From assembly GCA_019828565.1 (NCBI GenBank), contig JAHDYR010000012.1:1116001-1180000 (forward strand): a stretch of 64,000 nt of DNA, read 5' to 3'. The translations under genes were made by a program, and so were the position numbers. The DNA comes from Carpediemonas membranifera BICM (lineage: Eukaryota > Protista > Fornicata). The notes below the pieces were generated by a model. That model saw only the letters and a list, made by a program, of their open reading frames with translations, made no database searches and was not told where the DNA came from. Shown here piece after piece: positions 50,783-62,061 of the stretch (the stretch's first letter is position 1; each line of letters opens with the position of its first letter).

Positions 50783-53771
50783 CTAGGCGTCGTAAGTCAG
50801 CGTGGTCGTGCCGTTGCCGCGCATCAGCATGCTGGGCTTGCCCTCCCTGATGAGCTGCTGCATCCAGGCCATCAGCACGTTCACAGGCACGTCCAGCTTG
50901 GGCACGGGTGTCGAGACCACCGTCAGCTCGGCGTCCCCGGACATCTCCCGGATGACACGGCCCAGCCGCACGAACCGGAGCGTCTTGTCCCTCAAGACAG
51001 GCGGAATTGGGATGTCCTCGAGCACGGCGACGCTCTCGGCGGTCAACCCGTCGAGGGAGACGGGGGCGGGTGTCGGCCCCGGGATGGGCGGGGAGACGTC
51101 GCTGGCACTGTCGGAGTCGGCGTCGGTCGACTCGCCCTCCGTCTCGGTCTGTAGCCCGGCCTCTGCGACAATGACGTCGACCTCCTCTGCCTCGAGCTCC
51201 CACCGGTCGAACACCTCGGTCAGGTTGGGGACAGTCGACAGGCTTGGCTTGGACGCGTGGCCGGCCATCGACATCGACGGGTGCATCGTGATGGATGACG
51301 CGTGCACCGTAAAGAGGCTCTGGATGTGCGAGTACGCGCTAATCGTGTGCTTGGCGTCCGCGGCGTGTACTTTCTGCTGCATCTCGATACGCTCCTCGAT
51401 CGAGTCGGGCATGCCGTGGGTCAGGAAGCCCTCGGGGATGACCACAACCTCCGCCTTCATCCGGAAGTCCGTCATGAGCCGCTCCATGCGGGCCTTGTGC
51501 TCCTTGGCGTTGTCCTCGTTCGCCGTGGTGAATACACGCAGCTTGCACGACGACCAGGCGGGGTTCTTGCTCAGCAGGTGCGGCAGCAGCACGGTCAACC
51601 CGCCGTCGTCGGCCAGCCAGTAGACGTCGATTGCCCCGCGGTGGTGTCTGGCGGCCTTGGTGAACTTGGCCACAGGGCCATCGCCGGCCTCGGTCTTGAT
51701 GACGTCGCGGAGGTTGGCGATCGACCGGACCGTGATGGCCGCGTCACCCTGGAGCCGCTTGAGCATGGACGCGGTGTCGGGGTTGGGCACGGTGGACGGC
51801 TTGACGTCGAGGTCGAAGTTCTCGATGATGACCACGCCCTTGTTGATGGCACACGCCTCTCTGAGCACCGTGATGAACCGCTCGCCCTTGGCCGAGTCGC
51901 TAGGCCAGCGGGTTGGGTAGCCCATGACAACTGTGTCTGGCCGCAGCCGGCCCAGGCCCGAGGTGAGCATCAGGTGGCGTGCGCCCCGGGGGAAGGTCGT
52001 GGACGTCGTGGCGTCATAAAATGCGGTGATGTTTCTCTCGTCGAGGAACTCCCGGCCCCGCTCCCGTTCGTGCACGAGGAGGTTGATCTGGCGGTCCTCG
52101 TCTGCCTTGACGATGACGTTGCCGACGACAACGATGCCCTTGGCCGCTGCCAGCTGATGTGCGAACCGGAAGAGGTGGGGCCGCTTGCCGAGCTTGCCGA
52201 CGAGCACCAGGCACTGCGGACGGTAGTTCTTGACATGGAGCTCGGTCCTGTCGAGCTTCAGGGCGGACTGGAGCGCGGTCGCGTAGAGGTTGGCCTGTGC
52301 GGCGTCGCCCCAGTTGACGTTGGGCGGGCGCCAGTGGATGTATCCGAACACTACGAGGCACACCACGACGGACAGGGCAGCGTTGAACCAGTCCATCATG
52401 AACATGATGACGATGCAGAGGACCGTCGCCAGGAGGGCCAGCCAGCGGTTGTACAGGCGGAACGAGGGCCTCCAGCCGGGGCTTCCCGTCATGCTTGTGG
52501 TGAAGCAGGCGTAGTTGATGGCGCCGTACGAGATGAGGAAGAAGTTGGAGATGACCGGGGCGACGAGGTCGAGGTTGTTGACCATGATGGACCCCAGGGC
52601 GATGGCGAAGGTCAGCAGGTACGCCCGGTGCGGCTCGTTCTTCTTGCCGTCCCGTGCCCATGAACCGGAGCCAGGGAAAGAGGTTGTCGTCGCACAGGCG
52701 CTGGAGGATGCGGGGTGCCCCGACGAACGACGCCAGGGCCGACGAGAGGGTGGCTGCGAACACGCCGACGTAGAAGATGGGCTCCCATATGGTGATGCTG
52801 GCCATGACGAGCTTGTAGTTGACCAGACCCTCGTTGGAGGCGGCCGTCCGGGACACCGTGGCGGCCAGGGCGAACGCCATCAGCAGGTACACCGCGGTCG
52901 AGGTGAAGATCGCGTGGAGAGTGCCCTTGGGGATGGCGACGGACGGGTTCTTGAGGTCACCCGAGATGTTGGCGCCGGCCATGATGCCGGTGCAGGCGGG
53001 GAAGAAGATCGCGAAGACCGTGAACAGGTTCTCGCCACTGTTGCCGTTGGAGGAGAAGGACGACGGCAGGTTGTCGACCAGCGTGTCCAGCGAGAAGCCA
53101 GTGATGCCGTTGGTGTGGAGGATGACGACGGCGACGGCAGAGGAGACGAGGCGGCTGTCGACCTGGCTGTGGAGGACGGGGCCCGAGACGAAGCTGTACA
53201 GCATCTCCAGGAAGCTCTCGGTGAAGCCGATGACGTACATGGCCACAACGACGGCGTTGGCGATGAAGAAGACGACGCCGATGACACCGCCGTACGTCGG
53301 GCCCAGCGTGCGGCTGATGAGGTAGTACACGCCGCCGCCCTTCACCGCACCGTTGGTGCTGATGGCTGAGAGGCTGAGGGCTGTCAGGAAGGTCACAGAA
53401 ACGCCAGCCAGTACGACGAGGAGCGCCAGGGGCAGCCCGGCCGTGCCGACGACCCAGCCGAGCCGAAGGAACATGATCACACCCCATATGTTGAGCAGGC
53501 ACCGTGCATAAACGCCTGTAAACCAGCCGAAGCCAGATTGCTTCATTTTCTTTTGTTTTCTAACGCGCTTTGAAGTGCGTGGAGTGAATGTAGCCACCTC
53601 TTTCTCCTCAGAGACATCCATGGGAATGCCTTCGCCTATTTCCATGGTGGAAACAAGCTCATTGAGGTTTGGGCGCGGCTCTGGAGAATCGGCCGCATAC
53701 ATAACGGTGACTGGGACTGGTTCAGCTTGAAACATTGTTGAATTGACGATTGGAGCATCTTGCTCGTTCAT
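50783..53771 (-). CDS. SLC12 cation-chloride cotransporter (NKCC/NCC-like), frameshifted near 52652 and apparently missing ~35 aa near 53118
   Basis: FGWFTGV..RCLLNIWGVIMFLRLGW, GGGVYYLISRTLG, FFPACTGIMAGANISGDL, ISNFFL, PGWRPSF, HVKNYRPQ, DVYWLADDGGL, MRGN. Confidence 0.9.
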
Positions 53772-54370
53772 TCAGCTGTTTGTCGCTAAAGTGGAACGAC
53801 AAGAATATCATGGCGAGAGCCGCACTATTGAGAAATGTGTCTTAAAGTGCGGTTGCCAGGTGGAGCCACACTGCCGTTGGGGTAGAAGTAGTTCTGCCGT
53901 TGAGGTGCTGATTGTAAACATCTGTGTTGCTGGGCTTGGAACTTCAGAAATTGGTTGTTCATCAAATGATGGGTCGGGTCGGCCTGAGAGGCGGCAGTCA
54001 GTAGAAGCGTCGCATAGTGGTGACCAGGGAGGTGGAGAGCTTGGTCTGTCCTGATGCCCTTTCATCGTATCCGTAAGGTGGAATCCCACCATGCAGCGGC
54101 GGGGGCCACCCTCCCAATGTAGTCTGGTGTCTTATCAGTGATATGGGCATTGATCGGTGGTAAAAGATGGATGTCCGTGGGGCGGGGTCGCCGGTAACAG
54201 AGATCTGATCACGTCAAATCCTTTTGAAACCGTGTCCAGCGACCCAGCCCCCTACTTGTCTTCCCGGTGCGACATGCTTGGCAGGGACGCCCAGTGTAAG
54301 AATTGCTGACGATCTTTGACTGCCGCGACCACCGTTCGATTACGAAAGATCGCCATTGAAGTGAAGCGAA

Positions 54371-55406
54371 ATGACTTCGCTCCTGGCATCTTTCACCATA
54401 CACGACTTTATATACGGCTGGGACATTCCAGAGTGGGCGTATCGCCTTATAGCTGGCATCTCGGGGACCCTATCACTCCTAGGCAGCAGTTACATCGTCC
54501 TGAGCTGTCTCTTGCTAATATTCGGGATAGTTAAGCAGAGTTCTCAGACTACTAACGTCCCTCTTGTCCTCTCGCTCTCAATAGCCGACTTCTTTTCGTC
54601 TTTCAGCTGTTTGTTCTTGAAACGTCCGCCACGCTCACACAGACATGACCATCTGCTTCAACCTCCACAACCGCTTCTGGATCGTCTGCCAGCTGCAGGC
54701 GTTCTGGATGCAGCTCTTCGAACTCGCGTCCATCCTGTCAACGGGCGCCGTCTCACTCTATCTCCTGGCGTCAATCATCTTCAGGGTCCGCGGCAAGGCT
54801 CTCTCCGTAATCAACGGGGTCGGTATATTCACAGCATGGGTGGTCCCGGTCGTCCTGGCCCTGCTGCTGCTCCCGCTGAGGGGCTACGGCCCCTCAGGCC
54901 CATGGTGCTGGGTCGAGGTGTACGGCCTCAAATTCCTGTTCTTCTACAACTTCCTCTTCCTCGTGGTCGTCGTTAACGTCCTGATCTACCTTGCCGTGTT
55001 CCTCTACCTCACCCTGCTCGGCCGAAAGGTCTCCCGCAAGAACAGGCATACATTCCGGTTCGCCCGGTCGTTGCTTGCCTACTTGCTGGTGTTCTTCATG
55101 GTCTGGACAATGCCCGTGGTCTACCGGCTGCTGTCTCTCTTCATGGACGTCTCGACCCCGTTACTGGTCATACCCGTCACGGCGCTCAACCCGTGCGGCG
55201 GCCTCTTCAACGGCATCATTTACGGCTACTTCGCCAGAGTCCACCAGACCTGGTACCGCTGGTTCTGCCGCAGGAGGCGGGCCATCGTCAGTGTCGCGAA
55301 CCCACTCGCCCGGGTCTCCACCGAGCCTGAGAGCCCGTCTGGTACCGACATGACAGTAGCCTACCCCGTTCATGTCGGGGAGGGTCCCGATGAGAGTAGC
55401 GTATAG
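54371..55406 (+). CDS. 7TM receptor, cAMP-receptor-like (CAR/GCR1) family; join(54371..54608, 54643..55406)
   Basis: SLLGSSYIV (TM1), LSIADF, CQLQAF..Q.FELAS, YGPSGPWCW, LLAYLLVFFMVWTMP, GLFNGIIYG. Confidence 0.85.
54609..54642 (+). other. Spliceosomal intron, 34 nt (GTTTGT...CTCACACAG)
   Basis: In-frame join AGC T|AC ATG links TM1-2 to TM3-7. Confidence 0.87.
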
Positions 55407-55692
55407 GCGCCCATCGGCACTAGGGGCCTGGCCGGGGTCGGGCCCGTGTAAAACTACCGCGGTCCTGACCCGACTTTGTGACTTTACAGCGGTATCCGGA
55501 GTGTGAGCAGCAGCCCCCAGCCCGGGGCACAGACGGCGCTGGGGCCGCCACACGACGCCAGCCCATGACGACTCCCTGAGTGTTTCATATCTCGATGACA
55601 ATCTGGATGTGACACGACATGGCAGCCAAAGAAAGCTTGAGAAATCTCTGTAGCGCAGAAGCGCGGCCATTGGCTACTAATACGCATATACG

Positions 55693-56646
55693 ATGAACGA
55701 GCCGCATTCTTACGATATTTTAGGCACTAGCTACGACACAATACTACCCTATGGCATATCAGATCTTCCCGAGATCTTCCCGCAGCCTGATGATCGTTCC
55801 ATGAATGCTATGTCGCTACCTGCACCAACATATGATCTCAGCTGCCGTTCTATGGAGGATATCCCGATATACCGCGAGGAAATGCCGCTGTACGACACAA
55901 CCGGGGTCAACCTCGACGAGCTCATCACATCGTTCCAGTACTTCACCGCATGCACCGCCGAGACGCTCGAAGCGGTCCCCAAAAAGCGCCGGCACTCGAC
56001 CCACGCCAAGCCCGCGAGTCTTCCGACGACGGCGGACTCCGTCTCGCCCACCAACACCGCCCTCACACTGCCCTTCCACAGCAGGCCTAGGAGCAACAGC
56101 CAGTCAACCCGCAAGCCGTGCACGGCCTTCCGTCGTAACGGCGGTCCTGGGATCCAGCGAGGCATGTTCTGTGCCTGCCGGGAGTGCTGCATACCCATGG
56201 CAAATATCGTCATGCTCGAGGAGAGGAACCAGAAGAAGACGCCATACTGCTCAGGTGGCTGTCAAACCCGGGAGCAGAACCTGCGACAGGGCCGTGTGAA
56301 GGCTGACCTCGACCTCATCCAAGCTAAGAAGTGCATGCTGTCGGGGCTGCTGGCGTTGTTCCACATCGATGAGTGCAGGATCCGGCCCCGTCTTCCGTCG
56401 CCCGTCGACCTGAGCCCGAGCTCCATGGCGCGGGACATGCCATCCCGCCCGCCCCTCCCTTCGTTTAGCCCCATGAACGTGAACGCCACGATGACTGTCG
56501 GTCCAGGTGACTCTGTTTGCAGGCCGATGTCGCTCCAGTCGTTGGTGAACGACGAGGCGCCTTGGATGGGGATGGGGCACACTAGTAGAAGCATGAGCCC
56601 AGCTAGCGAGTATAGGATGCTGCAGGGCGGACGTGACATAGTTTGA
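55693..56646 (+). CDS. Hypothetical protein with Cys-rich putative zinc-binding module
   Basis: 317 aa with an acidic N-terminus, basic PKKRR, C...CACRECC...YCSGGC, and an SP-rich tail. Confidence 0.65.
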   Translation: MNEPHSYDILGTSYDTILPYGISDLPEIFPQPDDRSMNAMSLPAPTYDLSCRSMEDIPIYREEMPLYDTTGVNLDELITSFQYFTACTAETLEAVPKKRRHSTHAKPASLPTTADSVSPTNTALTLPFHSRPRSNSQSTRKPCTAFRRNGGPGIQRGMFCACRECCIPMANIVMLEERNQKKTPYCSGGCQTREQNLRQGRVKADLDLIQAKKCMLSGLLALFHIDECRIRPRLPSPVDLSPSSMARDMPSRPPLPSFSPMNVNATMTVGPGDSVCRPMSLQSLVNDEAPWMGMGHTSRSMSPASEYRMLQGGRDIV

Positions 56647-56746
56647 ATGCTGTAAATACCTCCAACGGAGCCGGGAAGACTCGGCAATTTCTGTGCATAA
56701 ACTGCACATTACACCAAACCGGGCTAATCAGCGCAGAAAGGCATCA

Positions 56747-59700
56747 ATGAACCAGCTGCGTAGTCCAGAATCGGATATTGAGCAACTTCGTGCACGACTA
56801 GAAGAAATGAGCAAGCAGTCGCAAATATCGGCGAATAACCATCGTGATGAGATCCTCAGCCTCCAAAAGGCCCGCGATGAGGCGGAACAGATCTGGAATT
56901 CGGAGAGGGAAGTCTTTCAGCATCAGGTTGAAAGCCTGTCGACTGAGCTTGCCAACACACGCGCCGAGGCCGAGCTTGCTGTGGAGCAAGCGAAGCGGGA
57001 CGCCTACAACATCATCAAGATGCGCAATCAGCAGGATGCTGTCGATGTGAGGCAGGCAGATATCACTGAGCGCGAGGCCAGCCGCCTTCAGCAGGAGTTG
57101 GCCGACGCGAAGGACCAGGCGGGGAGGGTGCGGGACAGCCTGCTTGCCCAGTTGGAGGACCTGCGGATGTCGCACGACGAGTACGCCAGGGCCAGTGAGA
57201 TCGAGAAGACGCGGCTCAGTGAGGTTGTGAAGAGCCTCAGGGCCGAGGTGGCGGCGTTGAACTCGCAGCTGACGGCCAGGAAGCCGAGCTCCGCGAAGGC
57301 AGAGAACGCCAAGGCCGCCATGGAGCAGCTCAAGGAGATCCGTGCTGATGCTGAGAAGGAGCGCCGTCGCGCTGACGCGAAGGAGGCTGCCCTCGCATCG
57401 ATGGAGGCCGAGCACAAGGCGCGCGTCGCCGAGCTTGAGGCCAAGATTGTTGAGCTGACCGACGCGGCCGAGGACAGCGTGGCGGCCTATGCGACCATCA
57501 ACCTGGCCTCCGGGCCGAGCAAACTGGACACCGAGGCGCTTGAGGAGATGGTGGGCGTGTGGGCCGATGCCGTCCAGTCTCTGGGCGATAGCGGGTGCGG
57601 GGCAAAGGACCAGCTGCAGCAGGCCGTGGGGGCGTTTGAGTCACGGCAGGAGGCCCTCACCGACGCCATCCTCGTGCTCCAAGAGGCCGCCGAGGACGTC
57701 CGCGGCGTGGTCGATAGCCAAAGTCACACTGAGTCTGTTGCTGCGATCAGGGAGAACACCGAGACAATGCTCAACGCCCTCGAGGGCATGCAGGCAGTCG
57801 TCGACAAGCTGATCGAGGTCACCGGCAACAACGTCGCCCGGCACAGGGAGCTCGCCGCTGTCCTCGACGCCGGGGTGGGCGCCCCCGAGTCCGTGGACAC
57901 GCTGCAGGGCAAGCTAGACGGGATATGGGCACTGGTGCGAGACACGGTCACCGCCAGGAGCGATTCTGTGAGCGCAGCCGTGGCGGTGGCGTCCACGCCG
58001 TTCGAGACCAGGTTGGTCGAGAAACGGCTGAATGAGGCGTCCTCCGCGGTCGCCTTGCTGACCTCCACCGCTCTGGACCGCGTGCAGATGGCCGAGACGA
58101 AGCTCCAGGGGGGCCTGGCCAACGTCGACCGTCTGGCCGCAGCCAAGGCCGAGACCATCGTGTCAGATGCCAAGGGCGAGTCGATGCGCCAGTCTGGCCG
58201 TATCAACGCCCTTCAGGCCCAACTGGCGGCCTCCGAGGAAGAGCGCCGTGTTCTCCGAGGCGAGGTTCGTCGCGTCAGGGGACATGCAGACTCCCTGGAG
58301 GCCAAGGCCGCCCGGGCTGCGGAGGTGTCCCGGAACGAGGTCGCCGTACTCCGGGTTCGGGTGGCGGAGGCGGAGAAGGCCGAGAGCGACGCCGTTCAGA
58401 ACGCCAGGGCGACGGCAGACAGCCTCATCGCGATGGAACAGGCGTTTGAGGCCCAGAAAACGTCCCTCGAGCAGCAGCTGGACGACGCGCTGAGCAGGGC
58501 CGGTGGTGGTGCCGACCGGGCGACGGTGGCTGCCCTGGAGGAGAAGTGCAGCGCCCTGTCTGCAGCCAACGAGGAGCTGCTGACGTCGCTAAGGCTGACC
58601 ACCGACTTTGGCTCGGAGTTCGACCAGATGCTTGATGACTGGCGGGAGACGCTGGATACGGTGACAAAGCAGGCAATCGAGAAGTTCGACCGCGTCGGGG
58701 AGCTCGAGCACGAGTCCTGGCGCCAGATGGAGTCGGAACAGGCCACTATCCGCACCCGGTTCACCGAGCTCGCGGAGACCGTGGCCAAGTCGACCGAGGC
58801 CCGCCAGAGTATCGCGGCGCTGTGGGAACGGCTACACAGTGCCGTGGAGTCGCAGGAGGAGCTCAACGATGGCCTGGGGGAGTTCGCCGTGGTGGTCTCC
58901 GAACATGGCGACCTGCTCCAGTCGATCGCCAGAACCATCGACGACGGACCGGCGGCCAAGCTGCAGCGGGTGGCGGAGACCACGGACAAGCTCGGGGCCG
59001 TCGTGGTGGACGCCATCGAGGGCAACCGGGACGTGATGGACACAGTGAGGGCGGCCCTCCAGCACGCCGAGGTCAGCGGCCGGGCGGCCTCCGACATCAC
59101 GAGCCACGTGTCGCAGCTACGGGACCGCATCCAGGAGATCCGGGAGGAGGTGGACGCGGAAATCGCCGCCAGCAGCAAGGCCGTGAAGCGGATGGCCGCG
59201 CAGATCCGGGAGAAGGACCGCGACCTCGGGACCCGCTTCCAGATGCACCAGGAGCGGCGGAAGAAGATGAGGGCCGAGCTCGACGCCAAGCAGGCCGAGC
59301 TGGAGGCGGCCCTCGAGGCGCGGGATAAGATGTGCAGGGCGAGGGTCAGCAAGGTCGAGAAGGCAGCCAAAGCCAGAGAAGATCTGCTCTCATCGCAGCT
59401 GAGCGAGCTGATCGACAGCAGGCAGGCCATCAACGCCGCTGTCCAGGCGAGGCTCGTCGAGGCGGACAAGCGAAGCGCGGAGATCGAGGCGGCGCTCGAC
59501 AGAGTGATGGCAGCCCAGCGGCGGCAGCAGGAGGCGGAGGAGCGTGGACAGCAGATCGAGGCGAGCGCCATCGAAGAGCTTCGGAACCTGCTGGCGGAGG
59601 AGGCGGAGTCCGCAGCCAGGGCGCAGGAGGAGCTGCACAACGAGAGCGTCGAGGGGAAGCGGTTACTCGCTGAAATGAGCACGAACATGATGAAGATCCT

Positions 59701-60067
59701 GGACGACGTCGACGCCGAGCACGCCAAGCAACGCGACCAGCTCGCCGAGACGAAGCAGCGCATCTACAGCGACCGGCAGAAGGAGAAGCAGGAGGCTGAC
59801 AGGATGATCCAGCAGCTGGAGAAGCAGCTCACCTTAGTACGGGGGGAGCGGCTGCAGCTCCAGGAGAAGCTCCGGGACGCCCAGAACCAGCTCGACCTCA
59901 AGGAGCGGCGGATATCGTCAAAGTTCATGGACCTACAGATGTCGTTCTCAAGGATGATGGCGCACGACGCCCAGCGGGGGTCACCGGGCAACGCTCCGCC
60001 CAGTCACGTCCCAAGGTCGCTGCCGCGGTCGCCAGAGGGTCCGGCGGAGGACAAGCACCTCGGGTGA
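56747..60067 (+). CDS. Long coiled-coil protein (cytoskeletal/basal-body candidate)
   Basis: About 1106 aa, E/A/L/R/Q-rich heptads, no globular motif recognised. Confidence 0.8.
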   Translation: MNQLRSPESDIEQLRARLEEMSKQSQISANNHRDEILSLQKARDEAEQIWNSEREVFQHQVESLSTELANTRAEAELAVEQAKRDAYNIIKMRNQQDAVDVRQADITEREASRLQQELADAKDQAGRVRDSLLAQLEDLRMSHDEYARASEIEKTRLSEVVKSLRAEVAALNSQLTARKPSSAKAENAKAAMEQLKEIRADAEKERRRADAKEAALASMEAEHKARVAELEAKIVELTDAAEDSVAAYATINLASGPSKLDTEALEEMVGVWADAVQSLGDSGCGAKDQLQQAVGAFESRQEALTDAILVLQEAAEDVRGVVDSQSHTESVAAIRENTETMLNALEGMQAVVDKLIEVTGNNVARHRELAAVLDAGVGAPESVDTLQGKLDGIWALVRDTVTARSDSVSAAVAVASTPFETRLVEKRLNEASSAVALLTSTALDRVQMAETKLQGGLANVDRLAAAKAETIVSDAKGESMRQSGRINALQAQLAASEEERRVLRGEVRRVRGHADSLEAKAARAAEVSRNEVAVLRVRVAEAEKAESDAVQNARATADSLIAMEQAFEAQKTSLEQQLDDALSRAGGGADRATVAALEEKCSALSAANEELLTSLRLTTDFGSEFDQMLDDWRETLDTVTKQAIEKFDRVGELEHESWRQMESEQATIRTRFTELAETVAKSTEARQSIAALWERLHSAVESQEELNDGLGEFAVVVSEHGDLLQSIARTIDDGPAAKLQRVAETTDKLGAVVVDAIEGNRDVMDTVRAALQHAEVSGRAASDITSHVSQLRDRIQEIREEVDAEIAASSKAVKRMAAQIREKDRDLGTRFQMHQERRKKMRAELDAKQAELEAALEARDKMCRARVSKVEKAAKAREDLLSSQLSELIDSRQAINAAVQARLVEADKRSAEIEAALDRVMAAQRRQQEAEERGQQIEASAIEELRNLLAEEAESAARAQEELHNESVEGKRLLAEMSTNMMKILDDVDAEHAKQRDQLAETKQRIYSDRQKEKQEADRMIQQLEKQLTLVRGERLQLQEKLRDAQNQLDLKERRISSKFMDLQMSFSRMMAHDAQRGSPGNAPPSHVPRSLPRSPEGPAEDKHLG

Positions 60068-60347
60068 GCGCCGATGTTGTAAAGTATGGCACGACTTTGA
60101 CCTATGTTTTCATGCGTCCCCATAGACGACGGCAAGCCGTAGTCGCGCAGTTTAACCTGACCTTATCCTGCGAGGACTGACGATGGCCGTTTCTCGTTAT
60201 GTGGGAGGCTAATGACCATATTTTTCATCCATTAATGTGGTATCTGGTCTTTTTATCCAAAACGCTTGTATGATTAGCTAATTTCGGCCATGCCGCGACA
60301 ACGTGCGAGGCCCGGCCTACAGTTTGCCATAGGTTAACGATTCAACA

Positions 60348-60731
60348 ATGATCGGATATAAGCGCGTTTGTAACAAGGCACAGCGTCTGGAAGATCCTTA
60401 CGAGGACCGCCAGTTCCGCTGCAAGTACTCGGGGCCGCTCACGTCAAAGCCCAAGAAGGTAGTCGTCACAATCGGCGAGCGATTCGTCGTCTTCCGCCTT
60501 CCCAAGCACCGCACGGCGCACCTGGCGTACGAGGACATCCCGTCGTGGGAGACGAACGACCGGACGTTCCTGACGATCCACTACAACTCGCAGGACGGGT
60601 TCCGGGAGAACCACCACCTGCTCACGGGGGACAGCGCCAGCATCCACGAGTGCATCAAGGTGGCGGTCGACCGGATCGTCGAGGACAGAGAGGAGACTGG
60701 GATCGTCTCCTCACCGGGTCGACTATTGTAA
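60348..60731 (+). CDS. Small PH/FERM-C-like fold protein (tentative)
   Basis: 127 aa with alternating beta strands, YEDIPSW and a C-terminal helix (SASIHECIKVAVDRIV). GC3-rich codons; GTAAAT overlaps the stop. Confidence 0.55.
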   Translation: MIGYKRVCNKAQRLEDPYEDRQFRCKYSGPLTSKPKKVVVTIGERFVVFRLPKHRTAHLAYEDIPSWETNDRTFLTIHYNSQDGFRENHHLLTGDSASIHECIKVAVDRIVEDREETGIVSSPGRLL

Positions 60732-60855
60732 ATACTGAATATAGATAGGGAGATGGCGCAGTGGTGGTGCTACTGGGTCTATGACTGGCCTAATTTGCCT
60801 GATTTACGCGATTTATGGCCGGATTTTCATAACAGAACCTGAACGGAGAAACGAG

Positions 60856-61491
60856 ATGGACGAGCTCAATGTGCTCTTCGACGACGTATACGATGAACAA
60901 GCTGCCTATGACGGCTATTTCAACGACGCTGACTTTGGTGTAACGCCACAGGTGGGCCCTGCTGATAACAACGCCGAGAACGTTCCGTACAGCCCTTCAA
61001 CGCCCGCTATCCAGATCCTCCGCAATCGTTTGGAATCTATCAACGCAACTATGGCGCAGTACGGCATCGAGACCGTCTCGTTGGACGACACTCCCGAGGC
61101 CCACCGTCGCATGGTCGAGGCCCTCGAGCTTCTCTGCTCCATGGCCGAGCGGACGAAGGACAACGAGGACACCATGACCAGCTCCATCACCTCCCTCGAG
61201 ACGTCCGCGGCCCGGTCAGCTCGGGAGATTTCCCGGCTACAGGAGGACCTGCGGAAGGAGCGGCAGCGGACGGCAGCCAAGGAGGCGCTTATACGGAAGG
61301 AGAGGAAGGCGCACGAGTCTGCGATGAACTCGGAGGGCCGGGGCCGTGAGAATGTCGAGCTCGAGATCAAGAAGATCGCCAGGCGGTGCCAGCAGACCGA
61401 GCACAAGCTTCGCCGGGCTGAGGGCGAGTACGATAAGCTCAGGGACCAGTTGTTGACTGCCCAGAAGCGGTTCTTCAAACTCAACGAGTGA
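60856..61491 (+). CDS. Coiled-coil protein, possibly ADIP/SSX2IP (Msd1) family
   Basis: LESINATMAQYG...MVEALELL followed by a long coiled coil ending YDKLRDQL. Confidence 0.55.
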   Translation: MDELNVLFDDVYDEQAAYDGYFNDADFGVTPQVGPADNNAENVPYSPSTPAIQILRNRLESINATMAQYGIETVSLDDTPEAHRRMVEALELLCSMAERTKDNEDTMTSSITSLETSAARSAREISRLQEDLRKERQRTAAKEALIRKERKAHESAMNSEGRGRENVELEIKKIARRCQQTEHKLRRAEGEYDKLRDQLLTAQKRFFKLNE

Positions 61492-61603
61492 GGCAATTCG
61501 AATGAGAGCCCGGCCAGCGGCCCACGATCAGTGGTGGTCTGTAAAGTAGTTTATCCTCGAGATACGGTGTGCACCGTCAAACAGCACTAACGTCCATGGC
61601 TGC

Positions 61604-61900
61604 TCAGCGGAGTGTGAACCAGACGATGACGAAGAAGACGCATGCCAGGAGCACGAACCAGCACATCGGCATGCGCTTGGACTTCAGCGCTTGTTTGAGC
61701 TTGCCCATCGTAATCGCTAGTGCGGCATTGGCATCCGACATGCCGCTGTGGAGGTCTCCGAGGACGTCTTTCTGGTCTGCAAGGGTGTCGCCGATGCTAT
61801 CGACCATGTGGCGCAATGACATGACGCCGTTGGCAAGCTGCTGGAGCTCATCTTCATTCTGGTCTTCAAACTTGCGCTTAAGGGATTGGCGGCTTTGCAT
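61604..61900 (-). CDS. BET1: Bet1/Sft1-like Qc-SNARE
   Basis: 98 aa; EDQNEDELQQLANGVMSLR...IG...DQ SNARE motif plus C-terminal TM anchor. Confidence 0.85.
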   Translation of the reverse strand: MQSRQSLKRKFEDQNEDELQQLANGVMSLRHMVDSIGDTLADQKDVLGDLHSGMSDANAALAITMGKLKQALKSKRMPMCWFVLLACVFFVIVWFTLR

Positions 61901-62061
61901 TGATCGTGATCTCGTGTTGTGGATGACGACTAGCCTGCGAAATTATATTTATCGCGAGCTGGGGGCGTATGGCCGCCCATGCGCATCGCCCATGGGTCCA
62001 CGGGTGATATCTGGGATCTTCGTTGAAAGTCAAAATTTCTGCAACAATTCGTCAACGAACT

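Noticed and set aside
52640-52660. Programmed ribosomal frameshift or intron in SLC12
   Set aside because: There is no slippery heptamer and no GT...AG intron at the break. A homopolymer error explains it more simply.
53808-54092. 94-aa ORF upstream of SLC12
   Set aside because: It is short, lacks host codon bias or domain features, and lies in a divergent promoter gap.
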